A DNA stretch of 45,122 nt, the filler included, from Jimgerdemannia flammicorona (Eukaryota), in NCBI GenBank assembly GCA_003990765.1. It is 2 parts of 2 records of this genome, joined end to end, with 100 filler letters (N's around TTAATTAATTAA, not from the genome) between each part and the next. Parts side by side here need not be neighbours in the genome. Positions count along the whole stretch, not along the records: positions 1 to 22,512 come from RBNJ01001258.1; 1 more part is not named here. The stretch is one strand, 5' to 3'. Position numbers and translations under genes: made by a program. A model generated the notes under the pieces. That model saw nothing but the letters and a program-made list of their open reading frames with translations, was not told where the DNA came from and ran no database searches. Positions 1 through 11,234 of this stretch are shown in pieces. How positions within the stretch are numbered: the stretch's first letter is position 1; each line of letters starts with the position of its first letter.

Positions 1-206
1 GATAGGCTTTATTAAGGGCTTTCAAATGACACCAAGATCATCAAATTTGGATGATTATTCATCAAATTATTGATGTAAACATTTAATTGTCTAATTTGGA
101 AATCAAAACAATGGTTGATTCGAATCCATCCGAGTTGATCCGGATGGGATTCAATCCGAATCAATCCGAATCCAATCCGGATTAAATTGACTCGTTAGGA
201 GCACTA
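1..206. mobile_element. Right arm of hAT-type foldback MITE (family M1), cut by window start
   Basis: Near-identical to the right arm (14270-14458) and the reverse complement of the left arm of the complete copy at 13924-14458; ends ...TTAGGAGCACTA; AATCC(G) subterminal repeats. Confidence 0.85.
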
Positions 207-651
207 GCTGTTCCTCTATCAGCATTCTGACCTTGTGACTCAGAATTATTCTAGCACCATTTTCCTATATTACTGAAATTATACCAGTATCCTGAATCTG
301 TACAACCATCTGTACTGATCCTGGAACTTAGTAGTTTTCTGTGTTTCAGTATTTATTTAGTTATTGGAATTTATATTTAGCTTTATATCTTAGCAACTAT
401 TGAATTATATTTTATATAAATACTCTTCTTATTTTCTCTGAAATAAAGTCAGTCAAGTTCACTTATATATACTTTCTTGCAAGCAATCTAAAAGATAACA
501 AGACAGTTTAAAGATAAGAAGTTTGAGAACTATAAGATCTTAGGAAGGCACTCTAATAAGAACTTGCTTATAACAAACTTGAGTTAGTCCAAGAGATACA
601 CCTTGAAGAGAATCTGATATATTTGAAGGACTCAGTGACTACTACATGACA
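207..651 (+). repeat. 5' LTR of A1 (3' part only; interrupted by MITE M1)
   Basis: About 270-651 aligns with 7507-7888; TATAAATA near 415 and AATAAA near 441. Confidence 0.85.
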
Positions 652-654
652 ACT

Positions 655-670
655 TGGTGCTCATTGGCTG
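655..670 (+). promoter_or_regulatory. Primer-binding site of family A
   Basis: TGGTGCTCATTGGCTG 3 nt after LTR end; resembles the complement of tRNA-Gly(GCC) 3' end (TGGTGCATTGGCCGG) with a 2-nt bulge; tRNA identity is inference. Confidence 0.6.
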
Positions 671-680
671 GTGATTTAAG

Positions 681-1920
681 ATGAATCCCTTACTTTCAAG
701 CTGAAAAATGAACAATCTCCACAATAACTACTCTGACTACAAGAGTCACCCCTGCAAGAATTCAAGATAAGATAGAAATATATCTCTCTACATTCTATGG
801 ATATACTACTAAAGAGTTAATCCTGACCTTTATTGAAGACTTTGAACAATTCACTGCTATACAAGCTCTTGGTATAGATGCACAATTGGTCCTTCTATCA
901 GTCAGCCTCAGAGGATCTGTCAGAGACAAGTTCAATGCAGCCACCATTACTAATACTGGTGCAGCCAAACTTGCCAACATGAAGGTCTTCCTCAGAACAA
1001 CATACTATACTGAAGAGATCAAGCAAGCTCTCAAGGATCAACTCAATACTATCTACTAAAGACTCAGTAAAGATTTCAACTCATTCTATATTCAAATCTG
1101 TCACCAGATTGTCTTGACTGGCTATGATGACTGCCTTAAGGAACAAATAGCAGATTAAATCTTTCTCAAAAGAGTTCACCCTGAAATTGCCCTAACAATC
1201 TGATCTACCCCAGCTGCACTGACTCTTGATCAGAAAGTAGTCTTTGTACAGAGATATTGGACTGCCAGATACCCTATCAAACACTTAATAGAGAAAATAA
1301 CTAGCATCAAGATAGAGCCATCAAAGCCAACTAGTATTATACCCACTATAGTTGTAAACAGACAACCATCCCCACCTACCCCCAAGGCAACTAAAGTTGA
1401 CCCAGTGGAGGAACTCACAAAGCAGTTTACCAAGATGACTACATATCTTGATGATATTGTTAGAGAAGTCTGAAGTACTAATAGGAGACCAGTGCAGAGA
1501 TTTATAGCTACTACAGAAGAATGCAATATTATATACTTCAGATGTGAAAAAGAAGGCCACTATACAAAGAGTTGTATGACTGAAATAAGATACAAAGTCC
1601 AACCAAGCAATACTAGCAAAACTAGAGAACAAACCAATGTAGTAGTCATTGAGGAGATTGGTGATACTGATGATGAAGAATACTACAAGGAGTTCAAATT
1701 CTACCCTATTACTGAAGGTACTAGAACCCAGTCCAAGCTCTATGATAAGAAGAGCAACAGCAAGCCAGTTGGAAGACCAAAGAAGACCCCAACTGTCACT
1801 ATTCAAAGCAAGACCCAACCTGAGGAGATTGATCAAGATATAGAGTTAGATAAAGCTGTCTATCAAATCATTAAAGGTACTACTCCAGTCTCAGGAGAAA
1901 GCAAAAGCAAGAAGGAATAG
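681..1920 (+). pseudogene. gag: A1 gag (start approximate)
   Basis: Capsid-like LSTFYGY..TFIEDFEQF from ~780; degenerate zinc knuckle YFRCEKEGHYTKSC at 1534-1575. Confidence 0.8.
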
Positions 1921-2139
1921 AAGCTGCACAAGACCAAGGTCCACCAGTATGATATCTACAAGGACCTCAAGGAACAGAAGATCAATGCTACTTTTGGACA
2001 GCTAGCTGAAGTCTCTACCTTCAGACAGTAGTTAAGAGTAGGACTTGCAACTACTGCTAAGAATCAAGAGTACAAGATTATAAAAGCTCACAATGCACAA
2101 GATGATCAAGAAGACTTAAACAAAGAATCTAAAGACCAG

Positions 2140-2520
2140 CACAAGACATCAATCTATACTCTATGTTAGATCAAAGATTGTATCTTTGATGCCATCATTG
2201 ATATCAGTGCTGGAGGATATCTCATAAGTAAGAAGACAATTAACTGCTTAGGCTGAGATATTGAAGAGTCTACCAAGATGGTCTATATTACAGCAGATGG
2301 TATACAAGCTATCTCCCTTGGCAAAATCTGAGAAGTCCCCATCAAGATAAGAGGAGCTACCATTCTAGTAGATATGATTATTATAAGTGCCACCAATTAT
2401 GACATCCTTATTGGCAACTAATGGCTTCACAAGGCCAAGGCCATCATCGACCTCAATGCCCAGAAGATGTAGATCAACTATAGAGAAAGAAAGGTATGAG
2501 TCTCTATTAATGTCCACAAA
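2140..2520 (+). pseudogene. A1 aspartic protease
   Basis: DAIIDISAGG (degenerate DTGA) near 2190-2215; YDILIGN motif near 2400. Confidence 0.75.
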
Positions 2521-2860
2521 GGAGTTCTACCAGACATAGAGGAAGGAGATGAAGAGGATACAGAAGTCTTCATGTACTTGGTGAATAAGAACAAGAATAA
2601 GACACCCAAGCTCACAGATGAGCAATAGTATAATAAGATTATCAATAGCTATACTCTTCAAGGAAGATGCCCCTATGGTACTAGGATGTACTGCTCTGAA
2701 CACCTGAATGATTGCTAGTCCTGTATCAGTGAAGTCAGGAAAATCTGCTAACAGAAGTATGAGCAAGAAGCTGCTGAAGTAAAAAAGAAAGCTGAAGAAG
2801 ATGACCAGCTCCCAGAGTTTCAAGCTGACAGTGATGATGAGGAGGAACAAGAACCAGACA

Positions 2861-3275
2861 TTATCCTCAAGATCAAGAAGTTTCACTCTGAAGCCAAGAT
2901 CCCAGAATATAAGACTGAAGGAGCCATAAGAATGGACCTTGCCAGCATTCAAGATGCTACCCTCGAACCACAGACTACCACCCTACTTGGTACTGGAATT
3001 GGAGTCAAGTTGCTAGAGAACTATACCAGAATTATCAAACTAGGAGCAGTTTGATCAAAAGTGAAATCTCAGTTGAAGGAAGAGTAATCAACCCTGATTA
3101 CACTGGCAAGATCTTCCTCATAGTCAGGAATCATAACCCCACCACCCCATTTGAAGTTAAGAAGTATGACAGAATTAGTCAGATGCTGATCTACGAAATC
3201 AAGAAGCCTAAGATCACTGAAGCCATTGAACTCATCAAGGCTAAGAGAGAAGAACAAGGCTTTGGATCTACTAGA
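2861..3275 (+). pseudogene. dut: A1 dUTPase domain (between PR and RT)
   Basis: GAIRMDL, LLGTGI, VEGRVINPDYTGKIFLIVRN, DRISQMLI, REEQGFGST: the trimeric dUTPase motifs in order. Confidence 0.9.
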
Positions 3276-3469
3276 AGAGGAGTCTATACCACTATCAATA
3301 TTACTGAACTTGAGCACAAGAAAGATAAGGACCAGAACAAGTACACATATACCATTGGAGAAAACTTTCCTCTGGAAGAACAACTTCTCAAGATCCTGCA
3401 CCAGAATAAAGAAGTACTTGCTACAGACTTCAGAGATATCTACAATAAAAAACCCAAGTACTATTATGA

Positions 3470-4755
3470 AGTTGACACTGGTGATATCAAGCCCATCTAC
3501 CAGAAAGCCAGACCTATATCACCTGCTTACAGAGAATGGCTGTGAGCAGTCAAGAAAATGGAAGAAGCTGGAATCATCAAACAAGCTATCAGTTCCTGGG
3601 CTTTACCTATTGTCCTCATCTCAAAGAAAGAAAGTAAGTCTGGAGAGTTTGCACTAAGACTCTACATTGACTACAGGAAGCTCAATGCCATCACCAAGAA
3701 GGATAGGCAGCCCTTGCCAAATATTCAAGAAATCCTTACCACCCTTGGAAGCAAAGCCAAATACTACACTATCTTGGATCTGTTCTCAGACTTCCATCAG
3801 ATTGGTCTCACTCAAGATGCCAGTGAGAAATCAGCCTTCATTACATCTAATGCCACCTATATCTACCTGTGAATGCCATTTGGAATGTGCAATGCCCCAG
3901 CAAGTTTCCAGTGAATAATGAATAGAGTCTTCAGCAACAAAATTGGAAAATAGCTCTTTATCTATGTTGATGATGTGATCATCTTCAGTAATACTATATG
4001 AGAACATGTCAATCACATATAGCTAGCCCTCAAGAAGCTCAAGGAGTATGACCTTTATATCAAGCCTAAGAAATACAAGTTTGCAGCTCAAGAAATCACC
4101 TACCTAGGACACCTCATCAACCAGACTAGAATCCACACAGACCTCATGAAGATTGAGGCTGTTGCAGCCTACCTGAGACCCAGAATGACCATAGAAGTCC
4201 ATGCCTTCCTTGGACTGGCCAGCTACTATAGAAGATTTATCAAAGAATACTCCAACATTGCAGTACCTATCTACGAGCTACTGAAGAAGGAAACTAAATT
4301 TGAATAGACCAAGGAATACCAAGAAACCTTTAATGAACTCAAGACCAGGTTGACCTAAGCACCTATCCTCAGAAGACTAGATTGGAACCTAGAATTCATC
4401 CTGCAGATAGATGCAAGTACTATAGGACTTGGAGCAGTTCTAGCTTAGAAGAAAGATAGATATGAATATGTCATCTCCTATGCAAACTGAGGTACCCATG
4501 GAGCAGAACAAAACTATGAGTCGTACAAGCTTGAATGCTTGGCAGTAGTCTGGGCAGTAGACAAGTTCCACTACTACCTAGCTGGAAAATACTTCACCAT
4601 TCAAACAGACTATTCTGCTCTTGCCTGGCTATTCCACACTCTAAACTCCAAAGGAATATATGCCAGATGGATCTATAGGCTGCAAGAGTATGACTGTACT
4701 GTCAAGCACTGCTCAGGAAGAACTAATACCAATACTGATGCACTCTCAAGGACAC
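3470..4755 (+). pseudogene. pol: A1 reverse transcriptase and RNase H
   Basis: RLYIDYRKLN, LDLFSDFHQI, MPFGMCNAP, YVDD (3963-3974), IDAS, LECLAVVWAVDKFHYYL, NTNTDALSR. Confidence 0.93.
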
Positions 4756-4959
4756 CTCGAAACACCCCCATCAAGACTATTCAATATAAATAAGGAGCTA
4801 TACTATGGATTAATCAGCTATCTTGGGCAGTAGAAGATGCCCAACCATCTCAAACTCTGGACAATTACCATCATTAACTAGACTTGGAAACAGTTTGAAC
4901 TGGACAACACTACACTCAGAAAAGGAGAAAAGCTAGTAATACCCAAACATAAGAAGTAT

Positions 4960-6033
4960 CAAGTAATGAAGGAAGTACACAAGCAAGAATACCTAGGAGG
5001 AACTAACACATATGACAAGGTAAGAAGAACTATATAGTGGCCTAAGATGGAAGAAGACCTGTGCCAATTTGTCAAAGGATGTGATAAGTACCAAAAACAG
5101 AAACAAGATCAGCAAGACCAGGCACCCAGGTCATCAAGAATTGAGCCTATCCTCTTCCATCACATCATAATGGATATCATTGGGCCACTACCAGTAATAT
5201 TATCAGGAAACCGCTATATTATAGTTATTGTAGACCTCTTTACCAAATGGATAGAAGCAGGAGCATTACAAGAAGCCAATGCTCTCTCTATAGCTGACTT
5301 CCTATACTGAGAAATTATCTGTCACTATAAGACACCAAAGCAAATCACAACAGACCATGGCACAGAATTTGTCAATAGATTTCATGAGATAATGTATCAG
5401 AAATATAAGATCCAGCACATCAAGACCACTGTATACTACTCTCAAGGAAATGGACAGACAGAGAGAACCAACAAGACCCTCAAGAATATCCTGGTAAAGA
5501 TCTCAGAGACATATGAGAATTGGGATAACTATCTCCCAACTGCCCTCTCTGTCCTATGAGATATATGGTCACAGAGCACACACTTTACCTCAAGAGAACT
5601 GCTCTTCAGAGAAGAAGATTCTGATGGAACCTCAGCTACAAATCTAGATCTAACTTGGAGATAGATCGATGCAGAAATCAGGAGACTACACTAAATCAGA
5701 AAGAAGGCTGAAGATTACATCATCAAGTTACAAGCACTGATAAGGAAGAATGCAGAAAAGAATCACAAGACCCTAAAACCCATCCAAATCAGAGAAAAGA
5801 TTCTACTGTATCGAAATATAGTAGAAGCTTCATGGTCACGAAAACTGGAGCCCAAATGGGAAGAACCCTTCTACATGCAAGATATCAAGGGAACTACCTT
5901 TTGGCTTAGAAAAATCTCAGAGACCATACTGCCTACTATAGTACATAGGAACAGACTCAAGAAGTACCATGAACCTATACAAGAGAAGCAAAACGTGATG
6001 ACTGCCCATGAGGTTCTAGTCTATGAATTGTAA
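4960..6033 (+). pseudogene. A1 integrase (no chromodomain)
   Basis: FVKGCDKYQK zinc-finger remnant, MDIIGPLP, VDLFTKW, TDHGTEF, NGQTERTNKTLK, KLEPKWEEPF. Confidence 0.9.
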
Positions 6034-6335
6034 CAGCATGTCCATAACTAGCAGGCTATCTGTCTAGACCATTCTCTAAGGGATACAGCACTAGCAACTA
6101 CTCATCCATGAGACTTTTAAAGCCAGAGGAGTTTGAACCATCAACTGATTGGTCAAGATCAGAATCAAGCCCTTACTCTATATAAAGAGAGCAACTCTCC
6201 ACCATCATACCAAAATACAAAGGGAAGATATCAGCCCATAAATACCACTTTTTGACCCCTTGCCAGAGATTATGGGATTAGCAAATTTTTCAGGACTGGA
6301 CCAATGAATAAGAATACTCAAGAAGATCCTTATTC

Positions 6336-6345
6336 AGGAGAAAGA
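6336..6345 (+). promoter_or_regulatory. Polypurine tract of family A
   Basis: AGGAGAAAGA immediately before TGTAA; copy A2 reads AGGAGGAAGA-TGTAAC at the same position. Confidence 0.65.
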
Positions 6346-6587
6346 TGTAATGGTGACTCCAGAATAATGACATCAGCACAGGAGACAGTCTTTCCTTGCA
6401 AACCATCAGATCAGAGCACAAGAAGATTATATGGCATATGAGATAAGCAATAATGACCAACTGTGAGTCACTGTGACCACAGTACAAGTATCTTGAGGAA
6501 TATAAAAGAAGGATCAAGGAACCACAGTAGCAGCAACTAACAAGACCCACCAATCCCAAAATAGCTCAAAGACTTACCACAAACAAA

Positions 6588-7424
6588 ATGTCTACTGCTC
6601 ACCAAACCTCAAGGTCAAGGAACCACCAAGGCATCTCAGTCAAAGAAAGGATATTCTAAGACATCAGAAGAGCTATGAGGATCTACTCAAGAAGGACTCC
6701 TAGTATCAACCTGGGTACTGGTGACCCTTATCACTATATCTTCTACCACTATGAAATGGAAATAAGAATCATTATTACTACCAAATGCCTCCAAATGTGG
6801 CAGGAGTATGAAATAGGAAACCTCCTCTGTCAGGAGTTCCCACAGGCCAGCTCTCAAGAGCTACAAGATGCCACTCCCATGAATATATATAAGGCAAGGA
6901 TAGCTAAGAAGATTCATCAGATCTTTAGGCATGTACTATGGTTGATCTCCAACTTAGAGTATGTTAGAGTTTCAGATTTCAGAGATCTGTTATTCTGCTG
7001 TATCAATGTACTAGAAGCCAGTGTGGCTATAGAAGCCCAGTCCACTATCACCCCCAATAGTGATGAAGTAGAAGACTTCTGGCATCCCATCCTCCAGGAC
7101 AACTTAGACCAATTCCTACAAGGATTGATCTCAGTATTCCAAGGTCCAAGTATTCAGGTTAGACCTCCCCAAGACCTCACATTTGTTCTCTATTTTGTAG
7201 AAGAGAACCTTATAGACTAGAGAGCTCCAGACCTCCTTCCTGCTGCTGAACATGATGATATCATCAGTAATGATGTCATCCTGCATGACATATGTGAGAC
7301 ATGCAATGAAGCATGTGAAACGCATGACCTATATAATGATGACAAATTTGCAGACCTCATCTCCTTTGAAGACATTCTGACCTCTAATGATGAAGCTCCT
7401 ATAGTCTTAAATATTCTGCTCTAA
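6588..7424 (+). pseudogene. LTR-embedded ORF of family A, unknown protein
   Basis: ATG 6588, same frame as ORF 6675-7220; stops at 6657 (TAA) and 7218 (TAG) are CAA and TGG in copy A2. Confidence 0.65.
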
Positions 7425-7437
7425 GTCTCTTGGTTAC

Positions 7438-7525
7438 ACTGAATAATGCCAGTACCAGCATTCTGATGTAATACTGAATAATGCCAGCACTGGCATTTTG
7501 ATGTGATACTGAATTATACCAGCAT
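7438..7525 (+). repeat. About 2.5 tandem 35-bp units in family A LTR
   Basis: ACTGAATAATGCCAG(T/C)AC(C/T)(A/G)GCATT(C/T)TGATGT(A/G)AT at 7438, 7473, partial 7508; also in A2 at ~23160-23250. Confidence 0.85.
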
Positions 7526-7888
7526 CCTGAACCTGTACAACCATCAGTGCCAACCCTGGAACTTAGTAGTTTTTCCTGTCCTGACATTTTATTTTAGTTA
7601 TTTGAATTTATATTTAGCTTTATATCTTAGCAACCATTGAATTATATTTTGTATAAATACTCCTCTTATTTCCTCTGAAATAAAGTCAGTTCCAGTTCAC
7701 TTATACACAATCCCTTGCAAGCAATCTAAAAGATAATAAGACAGTTAAAGATAAGAAGTTTGAGGACTATAAGACCTTGAGAAGGTACTCCAATAAGAAC
7801 TTACTTATAACAAACTTGAGTTAGTCTAAGAGATATACCTTGAAGAGAATCTGGTGTATTTGAAGGGCTCAGCGACCACTATATGATA

Positions 7889-10315
7889 CTAAGTATAAGA
7901 CTATAGAGGAGGCTAACAATAATCAAGACATTAGTAATTTTTATTAGAAAAGCTTCAGGCCATTTAGTCAGATATTCTATAAATACTAGAATATATTTAT
8001 TTCTTCTTAGTATAACTAGTAGGAGTCTAATAATATCTACTCTCCATCTTTGAAAGATATAGACTAGTGGTATGTTTGGTTATTGATACTTGATAGTTCT
8101 TTCCTTAGTACTTCTGATAGATATCATATTTCTTGAGTATATCTCAGACTTAGATTCTAAGATAAGACCAGTGTTAGTATATTGTTTATAGCTTTTTTTC
8201 TATATTTGCTTATTATTGATAAGCTTTTTGATATTCTTATTGAATAAGATCTTTTTATACTTTGACAATTATAAGAGCTTTCTTTAGGGTAAAGTTCTAT
8301 AATATACTCTTTTTCTAATTTATCAGAGCTGGTGGAAAAGTATATTAATATTGTTATAAGCTTTCTCTACTTTGTAGATAATGGTGATTTTGTAATTCTG
8401 TAAGATAAGAATCTAGTGGGCAAGAATTCTGATAGATTTCTTATAGTTGAATAGCCATTTGAGAGTAGTATAATTAGTTATTAAAGTGAACCTTTTTCTG
8501 ATAAGGTAGTGTTTGAAAAGTGTAACTATCTATATAACTATAAGATATTCTAGTTTGGTACTATCATAATTAGCTTACTACTAGTTAGTAGCTCAGCTTA
8601 TATAAGCTATATATTATATAGTACTGCTGATCAGATTCTTCTTAGACTGAAACTGCTTTAAAACTATCTTTAGAGACATCTGTATATAAGATGAATAGCT
8701 TCTATAGATTAGATTATATAAGAATTAGTACTGTAGTCATACAGTATTTAAGTTCTCTGAAGACTAGTTCTTATAGTTCTATTTATTTGTATAATACTTC
8801 TTTCTTGAGAAGAGTTCAAATTAGAGTAGCAATTTGGACAAAGTTCTTGATAAATCTTCTGTAATAGGATACTAATATCAGGAATAATAGTATTTTCTTC
8901 TAGGTTTTGAGTACTGGCTAGTTATTTATTTTCTTAAATTTCTTTGGATCTACATATATTTTTTCTTTAGAAATAATAAATCTAAGAAATTTAAGTTTCT
9001 GTTTTTCAAAGTAATATTTCTTAGTATTAAGTCTCAGATAGTTCTTGCAGGGAAGCTGGAAGAATTCTTCTAGATAGTATAGATATTCTTCAAAATTTGC
9101 TGAATAAATATTAGAATTATCTATATATATAATTAGATAGTAATATATTAGTAGGCTATAGACTAAGTTCTTTATTCTCTAGAAGATAGAGAGTATTGTA
9201 GAGTTCAAAGAATATTTAGAGATATTCAAATAGAATTTCTAAAGTAAGAAAAGCTGTTTCCTGAATATCTTTAGAGTCTATAGAGATCTTATGGAATTCT
9301 GCAAAAAGATCTATACTACTAAAGTATCTGATATCTTATAATTAGTCTAAAAGATCATTGATTTTAAGCAAAGAGTAGGCATCTTTTTCTATCACCAAGT
9401 TGAGCTTTCTGTAGTCTATACAGAGTCTCTATCTTCTTTTCTTAAGTATAATAAGTATAGAGCTGGCTCAAAGGTTGATAGAGGGTCAGATAACTCTATT
9501 ATTTAAGAGTTTCTAAATATATTTCTTCTCAAATATCTTTAGGTAAGGGGATATTCTATAAGGCTTCTACTAGATGAGTGTTATATTTTTTATATTTATA
9601 CTATAGTGATATAATGAGTTATATAGTAGATTGTCATAGTCTGTAATAAGATATTCTGATATTTATAAAGGAGTTCTACTAGTTGTATTATTGCTGAGGT
9701 ATCAATTCTTCTTGAATATTAGTAGAAGACTTTACTTTCTCTTAGATTATAAAAAGGTATTTCCTTTCTTTTGAGACCTTCTGTCATTTCTCAATAGGTT
9801 TAGTTTATATGTAAACTTCTCTATATATTTAATTAAAATAGAGTACCAGATGGCCTATGATGGTTTCTTTTAGTAAAATGAGATTTTCCCAGCTCTGATT
9901 ATTTACTTGAGAGTATATAGAGTTTATCTTATATATTAAGAAATATATCCTTCTATATCCAGGTTTTTGATATGATCATTAGATTTAAAAAAGAGATTTT
10001 TAGGATCAAATAGTATAAAGATTTCAAAGACAGTCTACTCTTCTAGTTCTAGAATAAAATTCTTGTATAACTTGACTGATTAATAGTATATTTACTGAAA
10101 AGTATTCTTCTTAAAGTGGTTAACCTAAAGGAGATATACTTCTTTCTTATCTGAGCTTCCAAATTCTTCAATTTGTCTTATACCTTAAGTTAGTTTGGAA
10201 ATCTCTTATAGTTGGAGAGTCTTAACCTTCATGAAGATTGCTTGTGCAATCTTTTGTTCTTTATAGATTTAGTTTTATTCTATACTGTTATTATTCAGAA
10301 TAACCTTAATTTTGA
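7889..10315 (-). mobile_element. Old Ty3/Gypsy family C pol fragment (dUTPase-RT-RH-IN), heavily mutated
   Basis: Minus-strand translation: KIKVILNN / EQKIAQAIF / RQIEEFGSS (dUTPase, ~10150-10315), KPYRISP (~9550), YIDN (YIDD, ~9120), YTDVS (~8680), VDII..KYILVFIEYLTKWPEAF (~7950-8045). Confidence 0.8.
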
Positions 10316-10841
10316 CTAGCAGACTCTCTGAGCTTTGGTGAGCTTTCTAGTAAGCATAATTCTGATATAAGTAACTACTTTTTAGATAGTATTAGAATAA
10401 GAGAGATAGCTGTTACAGATAGATAGAAGGATAATTATGATAGACTAGTTGGGTGTCAGCCTAGTGACAGTTATCAGAGCTAGTACATATACTATATCAG
10501 TGGGATCTTCTGATTGGTATAGAGTAGTTAGATAGTAGATATTACTCTCAGCAGCTCTTAGTAATATATGAGGTTAAGCTCTAAGTATTTGGGATTGTTG
10601 GAGGACCTGAGGCTATCTAGGTTGAGTATTTAGGCTATACTTAACTAGAACTAGGAGCTGATATAATGATATGATTAAGGCTTGCAGGCTTGAGTAATGA
10701 GGTATTGAAGGTCTTTTTCTATCTTATATATAAGTTCTTCACTCACTCTATTAGAGAGAACCAGGTCCTACCCACTATTCTATATCTTTAGAGAGGTTTT
10801 TCTTTGCCTGTCACTCTATTTGAAGTAGTGAAGGCTTTGCT
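10316..10841 (+). mobile_element. Retroposon X copy 1, middle part
   Basis: Colinear with the reverse complement of ~15270-15785 (e.g. GAGAGAACCAGG(T/C)CCTA, CCTGAGGCTATCTA); start approximate. Confidence 0.8.
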
Positions 10842-10938
10842 TTTGTTTTTTTATTTTTATTTTTTATAGACATTAGGCCTCTTTATTAACTAATCTATAA
10901 TAAATATATAGTTCTCATACTATACTGATAGCTCTAAC

Positions 10939-11234
10939 TAGTACTTCTAATAAATTGAATCAAAGGTCTAATTTGATTTTGAATTCTATTTTTTGAAATA
11001 TAATAACTTAATAAAAATATGTCTAAATTTAATGATCTTTAGCTTATTAAATTTGAATATATTTTCATCAAGTTATTATATTTCAAAAAATAGAGTTCAA
11101 ATTAGACCCTTAATTCAATTTAAATTTAATTCAATTTGAACTTTATTCAAATTAAAAAATTCTTAATTTGATTTAATTTGAATGACTCTCAATTCAATTC
11201 AATTTAAATTGATTTAATTTGTTTAGGAGTACTA
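10939..11234. mobile_element. hAT-type foldback MITE (family M2)
   Basis: Termini TAGTACTTCTAA...TTAGGAGTACTA; 8-bp TSD GCTCTAAC/GCTCCAAT (two transitions); internal hairpin and AATT(C/T) subterminal repeats. Confidence 0.75.

Larger units (their letters stand above)
207..7888 (+). mobile_element. Ty3/Gypsy LTR retrotransposon family A, copy A1 (degenerate, dUTPase-bearing)
   Basis: LTR-PBS-gag(CCHC)-PR-dUTPase-RT-RNaseH-IN-PPT-LTR order; LTR ends ACTACATGACA (651) and ACTATATGATA (7888); many stop codons and frameshifts. Confidence 0.93.
6346..7888 (+). repeat. 3' LTR of A1 (~1.54 kb; start inferred)
   Basis: Starts TGTAA after the PPT and ends ATGATA; matches A2 LTR 24354-22818; the 5' LTR is truncated, so the start rests on the PPT and TG terminus. 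Confidence 0.7.

Noticed and set aside
795..4016. Minus-strand ORFs over A1, and similar antisense ORFs over B and LINE D
   Set aside because: Shadow frames of gag-pol or ORF2 with no independent motifs.
6588..7424. env gene in the third-ORF position
   Set aside because: No clear signal peptide, furin site or C-terminal transmembrane anchor; the same applies to the B LTR ORF.
7438..7525. CRISPR-like array of 35-bp palindromic repeats
   Set aside because: Units are contiguous with no spacers, lie inside an LTR, and no cas genes are present.
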